Of a stretch of 64,000 bases of DNA, positions 32,392 through 41,046 are shown piece after piece. The notes under the pieces are model-generated. The model had not been told where the DNA came from, ran no database searches, and was given only the letters and a program-made list of their open reading frames with translations. Numbering within the stretch: the stretch's first letter is position 1; the number at the start of each line of letters is the position of its first letter. Where the stretch lies: NCBI GenBank assembly GCA_947501265.1, contig CANMVY010000002.1:21048-85047 (forward strand), given 5' to 3'. The position numbers were made by a program, and so were the translations under genes. Source of the DNA: Bacteroidota bacterium (lineage in GTDB: Bacteria > Bacteroidota > Bacteroidia > UBA7662 > CANHCV01).

Positions 32392-32555
32392 AAGAAGGAA
32401 TTGATTATACATTCAATGAAAATGGACTTCTGGTTTTCACCAAAGAGTACCATTTAAAACGCGGCTATTGTTGCGGAAGTGGTTGTAAAAATTGTCCCTA
32501 TCCAAAAGATCAAAAAAATGGAAAACAAAATCCCCCTATACAACCCATTCGATGA
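32385..32555 (+). CDS. Small Cys-rich protein (DUF5522-like), 56 aa, below the ORF-track length cutoff
   Basis: Hand translation gives MLKEGIDYTFNENGLLVFTKEYHLKRGYCCGSGCKNCPYPKDQKNGKQNPPIQPIR. The ..HLKRGYCCGSGCKNCPY motif matches my recollection of a small conserved Bacteroidota family. The ATG overlaps the purB stop codon. Confidence 0.55.
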   Translation: MLKEGIDYTFNENGLLVFTKEYHLKRGYCCGSGCKNCPYPKDQKNGKQNPPIQPIR

Positions 32556-33525
32556 AATGGATTTTCATTTCGGTCAATGTTTTCTTACTGGAGAAAAAGT
32601 AGAAAAGGAAAATATTCAAGAAGTTTTTTTCCCATGGATGATACAAAAGTTTGGAATTTCTTCTAAACGCCTATCGTTTCTTTCGGGAGATCAAATGGAG
32701 TACCAAAACTTTAAACTTCCCCTGTCTTCCACAGCATTAAGTTCGGGTTGGGCCGATGTTCAAAAACATGCGGAAGATTTACTGCAAGCAGGTACTGCAG
32801 CCATCCCATTTATTCAAGAAGATAAGTTGCATGCTTACCTGTGTCAATTGTGGTATAGCGTTTTGTACCACGAATATTTTTTGGCAAAAAACAAATTGAA
32901 TGACCGAAATCAACAGTTATTCGACGATCGGGTGATTAATCGGGTTCAAATGCTGCACTACGTGTTGCAATCTCACCTGGGGAAAATTAAAATTGAAGGA
33001 TTTCGTCCATTTTCGGTATTTCTTTTCAAGGTTCACGAGGTAAAGGGCTCGAACGGCTTTGACTTTAGAACCGGTTTAAATGCTTTTACGCTTTCGTTGC
33101 GGGTGGGCGATCTAGGGATCATTGTAGCTCTTCTCGACAACGCGGTTCAAAAGAAGTTTTATAGCGACTATTTTAAAATGTTTCAGGAAGTTACTTTGCA
33201 TCCAATCCAATTCGACGAATTGTATTCCATGGTAACTTACAAATCTTTCTTAATGAACAATTTGTATGAATATGGGATCAGTTTACCCACCCCAGAAATA
33301 AATGAAACCGTATTAGGCATGCGAATTCCTGAAAATTTAGCGGAAACGCCGGTTTTTCAAGATTGGGATGAAAGCGTTTATGCCCAAGTTCTTCTCAGTA
33401 ATTTGAAGCCTTATGGCATGGAAATGAACGACGTTTTCCATCCAGATCATGGAACAGCTACTTTTTTAGAAGATGGAAAAGGAAATGTTTTGGTGATGGA
33501 TGAAGTTGGTAACCCATTGGATTAA
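32518..33525 (+). CDS. Hypothetical protein, no recognisable domain
   Basis: Long ORF (the track starts at GTG 32479). Candidate starts are ATG 32518 (MENKIPLYNPF..) and ATG 32557 (MDFHF.., immediately after the small ORF's stop). I recognise no motifs. Confidence 0.5.
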   Translation: MENKIPLYNPFDEMDFHFGQCFLTGEKVEKENIQEVFFPWMIQKFGISSKRLSFLSGDQMEYQNFKLPLSSTALSSGWADVQKHAEDLLQAGTAAIPFIQEDKLHAYLCQLWYSVLYHEYFLAKNKLNDRNQQLFDDRVINRVQMLHYVLQSHLGKIKIEGFRPFSVFLFKVHEVKGSNGFDFRTGLNAFTLSLRVGDLGIIVALLDNAVQKKFYSDYFKMFQEVTLHPIQFDELYSMVTYKSFLMNNLYEYGISLPTPEINETVLGMRIPENLAETPVFQDWDESVYAQVLLSNLKPYGMEMNDVFHPDHGTATFLEDGKGNVLVMDEVGNPLD

Positions 33526-33530
33526 CTTTG
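33523..33530 (+). promoter_or_regulatory. Candidate -7 promoter box TAACTTTG, 4 nt upstream of the TonB-receptor ATG (leaderless configuration)
   Basis: The plus strand reads TAACTTTG-caag-ATG (ATG at 33535). The first three bases of the box are the TAA stop of the upstream gene. Confidence 0.45.
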
Positions 33531-33534
33531 CAAG

Positions 33535-36369
33535 ATGCGATTTTTCGTTTTTCTAATCTTTTGTTTGATTTCAATCGCTTCATTTTCTCAGGATAAAGCA
33601 ACCATTATGGGTCGCATTACCGAGAAAACAGATGGTAAACCCATTTCCGGAGTAAGCGTCGTTTGTAAGGGAACCACCTATGGGGCATTCACCGATAACA
33701 ACGGAAAGTTTATGCTTTTTGTAAAACCGGGAACTTACAACGTTGAAATTGGAATGATTGGATACGAAAAGCTATTGTACACCAACATCGTTTTAAAGGT
33801 CGGTGAAAAAAAGGATCTTCAAGTTCAATTGGCTTCATCGGCCATTACGTTGGATCAAAATTTCAGAATTATTGGGGAAAAACCGTTGGTTGATATCGAT
33901 CAAACCAAAACAGAAACCCGAGTGGACCGATCAACCATTGAAGCCGCACCTACCCGACAAGTACAAGGAATATTAAATACCCAAGCTGGGGTAGTATTAA
34001 ATCCGGAAGGAATTAGTATTCGTGGAGGAAGAACCTACGAAACGGCTTTTTTAATCGATGGCGTTAACGCTTCTGATCCCATGGCGGGAACTGGATTTGG
34101 GATTGATTTAGGTTCAAACTCCATCGATGAAATTAACGTGACTACCGGTGGTGGAGACGTTTCGGTAGGAGACGGAACAGCAGGAATCGTGAAAACGAAA
34201 ACCCGATCAGGAGGAGATAAATTTGAGGCATCTGCAGGTTTTCGGAAAGACCAATTGGGCTTCAACCGAAATTGGAATTCGGTTTGGAACAATTCCAGTT
34301 ACGAGTATTCCATGGGAGGTCCGCTAACCAAAAACAAAAAACTCAAGTTCTTTCATACGTTTAAAACAACTTTCGACGATCAATATTTCCGAACACCAGC
34401 CAATCAAGTTATTTCCTCCCTCTACCCTACTTCAACTTTCCTAACGCCAACCCAAGATAATCGTTGGGCAACGATGTTGAAATTGGATTATGCTATTTCA
34501 TCGAAAACCAAACTTTCCTTCAATTATTTAAAAAGCATCACCATCAACCAAGATGAAAACATGCTTCGAATTTTTGGAAATGACGCCGCTTTTTCTCCGG
34601 GTTACCAATATAAATTTTCGTTGCAGCCGGATAACGGCAACACCTACACCCACGACACCAATTTGGAGTCGATCAACTTAACCCATACTCCCAATTCTAA
34701 AATTTCTTTCAACGTAACAGCTTCAAGGCTTTTTGTAAAACTGCGAGCTGATGCAAATGGCAGACCATGGCGTCCTCAAAACGTTGATACCGAATTGGAT
34801 CCCAGAGTGATCGTTGATTTCCCTTCCAACCTTTTTAATCCCGATGATTCCGTTGTTTTCGTAATGCCAGGACCAGGATTATTCAACAACAACGGAATTG
34901 CAACGTTATGGCACGACCACTATTTAGAGGAATATGCAACCAAGTTTACTGGAAATTACTACTACGGAAAAACAGGTAATAGGCTCACTTTTGGCACCGA
35001 ATTCAAGCAGCAGGAAATGCAGTGGATCGATATTTCCAGTCCGTGGATTGGGGCTCCAATCCAACTTCCCAATGGAACGTATACCCAAAGTTTTCGTTTA
35101 GGTGATTACTCGGATGTGTGGAAAGTCTCTCCTTCAAGAGGATCATTCTTCGTTTCCAATAAGACCAAATACAAAGGATTGGTAGCCGAAATTGGAGGAC
35201 GAATGGAGTATTGGTTTCCTGGAAAATTTGTCGATGACGCTGTTTCTGCCACCAATACCCCCATTCGCGATGAAGTTCGACAGCAGTATTTGGATCAAAC
35301 GATGCAAGTTTTCGGGCAGCGGATGAAGATGCGCTTCTTACCGAAAATTTCAGCATCTTTTCCCGTTAAAGACAACCAAATGTTGTTTTTTAACTACAAT
35401 CACAGCATGAATTTGCCGCACCCTTCTTTCGTTTATGCCGGATTAAATCCATTGTACCAAGATCGTTCTACGGTATCACGTGTTGGAAATCCAAATTTGA
35501 ATCCAGAATACGACATCTCTTACGAGCTTGGACTTAGAACCCAATTGGACAAAAACGATGCGTTGGGAGTTTCGGCCTATTGGAAAGATAAATACGATTT
35601 TATCACTTCAGCTTCGGTTCAGATTAAAGATATTACCGGTCGCGAAATAGCTCGAACCATTCGAATCAACTCCGACTATGCCCGCGTGAGGGGATTGGAA
35701 ATTACGTATACCAAAAAAGCGGGCAAATGGTTTTACGGCCAAGCAAGTGCCAGTTATATGGTAGCTAGCGGTCAAAGCTCTTCGGCAAATGAAGCGTTGA
35801 AAGATATTCTGAACAACGGTAACCGAGAAAATACAAAAGAAAGGCCAATGGCTTGGGATTCTCCTTTGGATCTTAAGGCTTTCGGAACATTTACTTTGGA
35901 TCAGAAAGAAGGTTTGTTTGGAACAAAGGCCTTGAATAAATTTCAATTTTACGTTGAGGGAATATACCGTACAGGGCGCCGGTACACGCCATACGTTTTC
36001 ATAGGCAACGACCCAATAACCGGGCGCCCACTGTTCGATGTTGATCCAGATCCGGATGCCGTTTATTCTAAAATTGGACAAGCCAATTATTGGGTTGATT
36101 GCAATTTAAAACGATGGTGGAACATTAAAAAAGGAATGAAAGTTGAATTGGTTTTTCAACTCACCAATGTTTTCAACCAATTGAATACCATTATTCCAAA
36201 TCCAGTTACTGGAGTAGCTTATCAATTGGGAGATGATGTGCCATTATCATGGAGAGATCCACGATTTGAAGATCCAAGAAGCGGAACTTCTTTCGGAACT
36301 CCCCCGTTCGATCCCAGTCGTTACCGACCTCCACGCCACATGATGTTGGGGGTAAACCTTAAGTTCTAA
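33535..36369 (+). CDS. TonB-dependent receptor with N-terminal carboxypeptidase-regulatory-like domain
   Basis: A signal peptide is followed by a CarboxypepD_reg pattern (GRITEKTDGKPISGVSVVCKGTTYGAFTDNNGKFML). A plug region follows (..ISIRGGRTYETAFLIDGV..), then a long beta-barrel ending ..MLGVNLKF. Confidence 0.88.
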   Translation: MRFFVFLIFCLISIASFSQDKATIMGRITEKTDGKPISGVSVVCKGTTYGAFTDNNGKFMLFVKPGTYNVEIGMIGYEKLLYTNIVLKVGEKKDLQVQLASSAITLDQNFRIIGEKPLVDIDQTKTETRVDRSTIEAAPTRQVQGILNTQAGVVLNPEGISIRGGRTYETAFLIDGVNASDPMAGTGFGIDLGSNSIDEINVTTGGGDVSVGDGTAGIVKTKTRSGGDKFEASAGFRKDQLGFNRNWNSVWNNSSYEYSMGGPLTKNKKLKFFHTFKTTFDDQYFRTPANQVISSLYPTSTFLTPTQDNRWATMLKLDYAISSKTKLSFNYLKSITINQDENMLRIFGNDAAFSPGYQYKFSLQPDNGNTYTHDTNLESINLTHTPNSKISFNVTASRLFVKLRADANGRPWRPQNVDTELDPRVIVDFPSNLFNPDDSVVFVMPGPGLFNNNGIATLWHDHYLEEYATKFTGNYYYGKTGNRLTFGTEFKQQEMQWIDISSPWIGAPIQLPNGTYTQSFRLGDYSDVWKVSPSRGSFFVSNKTKYKGLVAEIGGRMEYWFPGKFVDDAVSATNTPIRDEVRQQYLDQTMQVFGQRMKMRFLPKISASFPVKDNQMLFFNYNHSMNLPHPSFVYAGLNPLYQDRSTVSRVGNPNLNPEYDISYELGLRTQLDKNDALGVSAYWKDKYDFITSASVQIKDITGREIARTIRINSDYARVRGLEITYTKKAGKWFYGQASASYMVASGQSSSANEALKDILNNGNRENTKERPMAWDSPLDLKAFGTFTLDQKEGLFGTKALNKFQFYVEGIYRTGRRYTPYVFIGNDPITGRPLFDVDPDPDAVYSKIGQANYWVDCNLKRWWNIKKGMKVELVFQLTNVFNQLNTIIPNPVTGVAYQLGDDVPLSWRDPRFEDPRSGTSFGTPPFDPSRYRPPRHMMLGVNLKF

Positions 36370-37267
36370 ACATTCCTGAATTCCCCCTCAAGAATTCTCC
36401 AATTTCCATTTTGCGCTTTCCTTCCACCTGAATTTCAAGAATTTCCAAGGAACCATCCAAACAACCAATCAATAATTTTTGATCTGTTTCCTTGATTTCT
36501 CCAGGTTGAAGATTTGTAGGGCTTATTTTTGAAGCGAACAACTTAACGGTTTTCCCTTGGAATAAAAAATAAGCGCCAGGAAAATAAGCCAAACCCCGAA
36601 TTTTATTGTAGACGATTTCAGTTGATTGACTCCAATCGATCAGGCAAGTTTCTTTGAATAACTTCGGAGCCAATGAAACTTCTTCTTCTCGTTGTGGAAG
36701 ATAATTAATTTCTTGATTTTCAATCATCTTAGCCGACTCAGCTAAAGCTTCAGCTCCAATCAACATCATTCGATCGTGAACTTCTGAAGTGGTTTCAGTA
36801 CGTCCAATTGAAATGGTTTTTCGAAGAATGATATCACCGGTATCGATTTCGTGTTTGAGCTTGAAAACGGTCACTCCCGTTTCTAAATCGCCATTCATTA
36901 CTGCCCAATGAATGGGAGCTGCACCACGGTATTTTGGAAGAAGAGATCCATGAAGGTTATAAGTCCCTAAAGGAGGCATGTTCCAAACCACTTCGGGCAA
37001 CATACGAAAAGCAACAACAAATTGGAGATCAGCCTGAAATGAGGCTAACTCCTGAATAAAGTCGGGATCTTTGAGTTTGATGGGTTGCAATACGGGGATC
37101 CCATGTTTTTCAGCACATGTTTTTACGGGTGATGGCGTAAGTTTCAATCCCCTACCCGATGGTTTATCCGGTGCAGTAACCACTGCTACCACATTGAATT
37201 GATGTTCAATAAGTGCCTCCAAAGAGGCAACAGCAAATTCTGGAGTTCCTAGAAATACTATTCTCAT
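36359..37267 (-). CDS. fmt: Methionyl-tRNA formyltransferase
   Basis: Contains MRIVFLGTPEFAV and HGSLLPKYRGAAPI. Length is 302 aa. Confidence 0.93.
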   Translation of the reverse strand: MRIVFLGTPEFAVASLEALIEHQFNVVAVVTAPDKPSGRGLKLTPSPVKTCAEKHGIPVLQPIKLKDPDFIQELASFQADLQFVVAFRMLPEVVWNMPPLGTYNLHGSLLPKYRGAAPIHWAVMNGDLETGVTVFKLKHEIDTGDIILRKTISIGRTETTSEVHDRMMLIGAEALAESAKMIENQEINYLPQREEEVSLAPKLFKETCLIDWSQSTEIVYNKIRGLAYFPGAYFLFQGKTVKLFASKISPTNLQPGEIKETDQKLLIGCLDGSLEILEIQVEGKRKMEIGEFLRGNSGMFRT

Positions 37268-37271
37268 GGCG

Positions 37272-37279
37272 CAAAGTTA
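37272..37279 (-). promoter_or_regulatory. Candidate -7 promoter box TAACTTTG, 4 nt upstream of the fmt ATG (leaderless configuration)
   Basis: The minus strand reads TAACTTTG-cgcc-ATG (ATG at 37267). Confidence 0.45.
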
Positions 37280-37306
37280 GGCAAAGGTGGAATGAAGGCT
37301 TTATTT

Positions 37307-37825
37307 TCATTCAGAGATTTCCATTTTCCCACGTTCTCCGAGTTCAATGGCCTGAAGATTTGAAATTTTTCCAGAATCGATCGTAAACCGAAGAACCGTT
37401 AATACTTTATGAAATCCGTGAATTCCTGCGGCCCCAGGGTTCATGTGCAATAGACCGGGGCGAGCTGGATCGGGCATCACTTTCAAAATATGGGAATGAC
37501 CGCAAATGAACAACGTTGGCTTTTCACGATCGATAAATTGACGAGCATGGGGTGAATAACGACCGGGATAGCCTCCAATGTGGGTGATCAAAACTTTAAT
37601 TCCCTCCAAGGTAAAGATCAAATGTTCAGAGGTTTCCTGCCGAATTTCGTGTCCATCGATGTTTCCATAAACCGCTCTCGTTGGTCGAAAATTTCTCAAT
37701 GATTCCAACACTTCGATATTCCCAATATCTCCAGCATGCCAAATTTCGTCGCACTCTTCAAAGTACTTGAAAACCGAGGTCGGAAAATGACCGTGAGTAT
37801 CCGAAATCAGTCCAATTCGAATCAT
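37307..37825 (-). CDS. YfcE/MJ0936-family metallophosphoesterase
   Basis: Carries the motifs ISDTHG, AGDIG, GNID and ICGHSH. Length is 172 aa. Confidence 0.8.
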   Translation of the reverse strand: MIRIGLISDTHGHFPTSVFKYFEECDEIWHAGDIGNIEVLESLRNFRPTRAVYGNIDGHEIRQETSEHLIFTLEGIKVLITHIGGYPGRYSPHARQFIDREKPTLFICGHSHILKVMPDPARPGLLHMNPGAAGIHGFHKVLTVLRFTIDSGKISNLQAIELGERGKMEISE

Positions 37826-38622
37826 CGGCGTTGGCGGATAGCTTCATACAACAATACAGCTGTACAGGTACTAACATTCAACGAGTCGGCAATTCCACGC
37901 ATGGGGACAAAAATTTTGTGGGTATTGTTCTTCACCCAGAATTCAGAAATTCCGAATGCTTCTCCTCCCATTACAAATGCGGTCCCTAACCGATAATTGG
38001 GGACAAAAGCATCGATAGCGTCTTCGAAATACGTGGAGAATATCTGAATGTTTCTTTCGGAAAGAAATTGAAAAACATCATCTTCAGTACCACAGGCAAT
38101 TTGTTGCGAAAAGAAACATCCCAAACTTGAACGAATGAGATTGGGATTAAACAAATCGGTTTGAGGGCGAGTAATGAGAACCGCATCAGCACCTGCAGCG
38201 TCGCAAGACCTTAGTATGGCGCCTAAATTTCCCGGTTTCTCTAAACCATCTAGTACAATAACCAATGGATTTTCAGGCAATGAAATTTCTTGAATGCTTT
38301 TTTGTTCAATCTGAAAAGCAGCAACAGCGTTTACCGCTTCATCACGGTAGGCCAATAGTTTAAACAAAGGTTGAGATAAAGAATAACATTGGGCTGAAGT
38401 TAATCTTGAAATAATTCCTATGGCATCATCCCCTTTTTCGGTGTCGGCAACAGTCCAATGATCAAGGTGATAACCGGAAGCTAATGCCCGTTCAATTTCT
38501 CGAATCCCTTCAACAAGAAACAATCCGGTTCTTTTTCTCCCCTTAGATTCCATTAAACTCAAAAGAGTCTTAAATTTTGGGTTGTCTTTGGAGGATATTT
38601 TTAATGGAAGTACTTCCGACAT
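37822..38622 (-). CDS. TrmH/SpoU-family RNA 2'-O-methyltransferase
   Basis: Contains the SpoU motifs ..NLGAILRSCDAAGADAVLI.. and ..IPMRGIADSLNVS... I place the start at ATG 38622; the track begins at TTG 38646. Confidence 0.8.
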   Translation of the reverse strand: MSEVLPLKISSKDNPKFKTLLSLMESKGRKRTGLFLVEGIREIERALASGYHLDHWTVADTEKGDDAIGIISRLTSAQCYSLSQPLFKLLAYRDEAVNAVAAFQIEQKSIQEISLPENPLVIVLDGLEKPGNLGAILRSCDAAGADAVLITRPQTDLFNPNLIRSSLGCFFSQQIACGTEDDVFQFLSERNIQIFSTYFEDAIDAFVPNYRLGTAFVMGGEAFGISEFWVKNNTHKIFVPMRGIADSLNVSTCTAVLLYEAIRQRR

Positions 38623-38665
38623 GGAAAAAGGCTTTTCTTTGCACAAAGAACGGAAAGATTTTTTG

Positions 38666-39550
38666 ATGATTCAGGCAATTTCTACTCCACCTTGGCCCGA
38701 TTACGAGATCATTGATTCGGGGGAAGGAGAAAAATTGGAGCGATTTGGTTCGTATGTAACCGCTCGTCCAGAGCCCCAAGCTGTTTGGAAAAAATCGCTA
38801 TCGGATGAAATTTGGAGAAAAAAAGCGGATGCCTATTTCGAAAAAGGAAACGTCCAATCCTCCGAAGAAAGGGGAACTTGGCATTTGAAAAAAGGGGTCC
38901 CAGATGTATGGGAAATGAATTTTCCGGGCGACCAATTTAGAATAAAATTTAAAATTGCTCTTACTTCTTTCAAACACGTTGGAATATTTCCGGAACAAGC
39001 CGACAATTGGAATTGGTTATTCGATCAAGTGAAGCGGTTAGGAAGGGATGCGAAAGTATTGAATTTATTTGCCTATACCGGACTCGCTTCTTTAGCTGTA
39101 AAAGCCGCAAAGGCCGATGTAACCCATGTTGATTCGGTAAAACAAGTCATTTCTTGGTCGCGAACCAACATGGAAATGAGTTCTTTGGACAACATTCGTT
39201 GGGTTGTGGAAGATGCTTTCAAATTCACCAAAAATGAATGGAAACGAGGAAAAAAATACAAAGGAATCATTCTTGATCCCCCGGCTTACGGTCGAGGACC
39301 CGACGGTGAAAAATGGTTGTTAACCCAACAAATTGATGAGTTGTTGCAACTCACATCCGAAATTTTGGATCAAGAAAGTGGTTTTCTTCTCTTAAATTTA
39401 TATTCCATGGGTTTTTCTCCATTGATTAGCGAAACTTTGGTTCGGGTACATTTTCCTTTCGTTAAAGATCTTGAAATGGGAGAATTGTATGTTGAAGACC
39501 AATTTAATAAAAAATTACCTTTGGGAACATTTTGTAGAGCATCATGGTGA
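38666..39550 (+). CDS. Class I SAM-dependent (rRNA) methyltransferase, RlmI-like without a PUA domain
   Basis: The methyltransferase core includes ..VLNLFAYTGLASLA.. and ..IILDPPAYGRGP... I place the start at ATG 38666 (alternative ATG 38621); the track starts at 38582. Confidence 0.7.
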   Translation: MIQAISTPPWPDYEIIDSGEGEKLERFGSYVTARPEPQAVWKKSLSDEIWRKKADAYFEKGNVQSSEERGTWHLKKGVPDVWEMNFPGDQFRIKFKIALTSFKHVGIFPEQADNWNWLFDQVKRLGRDAKVLNLFAYTGLASLAVKAAKADVTHVDSVKQVISWSRTNMEMSSLDNIRWVVEDAFKFTKNEWKRGKKYKGIILDPPAYGRGPDGEKWLLTQQIDELLQLTSEILDQESGFLLLNLYSMGFSPLISETLVRVHFPFVKDLEMGELYVEDQFNKKLPLGTFCRASW

Positions 39551-41046
39551 GTTTAAAAGAATGGATTGCGAGAAAGTGGGCTAAAAGGGTTCATGAAAAT
39601 ACCCTTCAATGGTCCTCAAAAGCTGAAGAAATTCAGAAAAACACCCTCTCCTTTTTGATTAAAAAAGCATCATCCACCCAATTCGGAAAAAATCATCATT
39701 TCAGTACAATTGATAATTACGAGGATTTCAAAAATAATGTTCCTATTCGCGATTACGAAGGCTTAAAAGGGTACATTGAAAAAATCAAATCCGGGGAATT
39801 GGATGTTTTGTGGCCGGGTAAACCTCTTTACTTTGCCAAAACCAGTGGAACAACTTCCGGAACGAAGTACATTCCCATCAGTAAGGAATCTATTTCAAAT
39901 CATATCGGAAGTGCGAAAAATGCAATTCTACAATACATACACAACACCCAAGATGCCTCTTTTCTAAAGGGAAAACTGATTTTTTTAAGCGGTAGTCCCG
40001 TATTGGAAAAGATTTCAGGGATTCATACCGGCCGTCTTAGTGGAATAAGCAACCATCATGTTCCAGGTTATCTTCGAACCTACCAACTTCCTTCCTTTTC
40101 TACCAATTGCATGGAAGACTGGGAAGCAAAGGTTCATAAAATTGCAGATGAAACCTTGAACGAAAACATGACCCTGATCAGTGGAATTCCACCCTGGGTT
40201 CAAATGTATTTCGATGTATTAAGCGAAAGAAGCGGTAAAAAAATCAACGAACTATTCCCCAATTTCAACCTTTTCATTTATGGGGGAGTAAATTTTGAAC
40301 CGTATCGAAAAAAATTGGAAGATTCGATTGGTAAAAAGGTGAATTCCATCGAGTTGTTCCCCGCTTCGGAAGGATTTTTCGCTTATCAAGATCAACTTGA
40401 AAACCAAGGATTATTGCTTTTATGCAATGAAAACATTTTTTACGAATTCATTCCCTTGGAAGAAATTGGAAAAGAAAATCCACAACGATTCATGCTAGAA
40501 GAGGTTGAATTGGATAAAAACTATGCCTTAATCATCAACTCCAACGCTGGATTATGGGGCTATAACATCGGCGACACGGTAAAATTTGTATCAAAAAATC
40601 CGTACCGAATCAAAGTGACGGGACGGGTGAAACATTACATCAGTGCCTTTGGCGAACATGTCATTGGAGAAGAGGTCGAATATGCAATGCATGAAGGATT
40701 AAAAAACATCAATTCCCAGCTCATTGAATTCCATGTTGCTCCGCGAGTTAACCCGAATGCTGGGCTCCCATATCATGAATGGTTTGTTGAGATAAGCACT
40801 ACGGAATCGCTTGATATCAATGACTTATCTAAAAAGATAGATGAGGCTCTTCAAACTAAAAATATTTACTACAAAGATTTACGGGTTGGAGGAATTTTGC
40901 AGGAAGCGAAAATTCGTCTATTAAAGCCACAATCTTTCATTCAATACATGCAAAGTGAGGGCAAATTGGGTGGTCAAAATAAGGTTCCACGATTGTCCAA
41001 TGATCGAAAGATCGCAGATTGGATGCATCAAAATCAAACATTTTGA
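39544..41046 (+). CDS. GH3-family (auxin-responsive-promoter family) adenylate-forming acyl-acid amido synthetase homologue
   Basis: Contains FAKTSGTTSGTKYIP (the GH3/ANL P-loop-like motif). The ~500-aa length and overall pattern fit bacterial GH3 proteins. Confidence 0.8.
   Translation: MVSLKEWIARKWAKRVHENTLQWSSKAEEIQKNTLSFLIKKASSTQFGKNHHFSTIDNYEDFKNNVPIRDYEGLKGYIEKIKSGELDVLWPGKPLYFAKTSGTTSGTKYIPISKESISNHIGSAKNAILQYIHNTQDASFLKGKLIFLSGSPVLEKISGIHTGRLSGISNHHVPGYLRTYQLPSFSTNCMEDWEAKVHKIADETLNENMTLISGIPPWVQMYFDVLSERSGKKINELFPNFNLFIYGGVNFEPYRKKLEDSIGKKVNSIELFPASEGFFAYQDQLENQGLLLLCNENIFYEFIPLEEIGKENPQRFMLEEVELDKNYALIINSNAGLWGYNIGDTVKFVSKNPYRIKVTGRVKHYISAFGEHVIGEEVEYAMHEGLKNINSQLIEFHVAPRVNPNAGLPYHEWFVEISTTESLDINDLSKKIDEALQTKNIYYKDLRVGGILQEAKIRLLKPQSFIQYMQSEGKLGGQNKVPRLSNDRKIADWMHQNQTF

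Noticed and set aside
35608-36081. 157-aa minus-strand ORF inside the TonB-dependent receptor
   Set aside because: It is antisense to a well-supported long CDS and has no recognisable features. I treat it as a shadow ORF.
38582-38665. Track-predicted N-terminal extensions that make the divergent TrmH-like and RlmI-like genes overlap head-to-head
   Set aside because: Both extensions begin at non-ATG codons and add non-conserved residues. Internal ATGs (38622 on the minus strand, 38666 on the plus strand) give typical N-termini and leave a 43-nt promoter gap.
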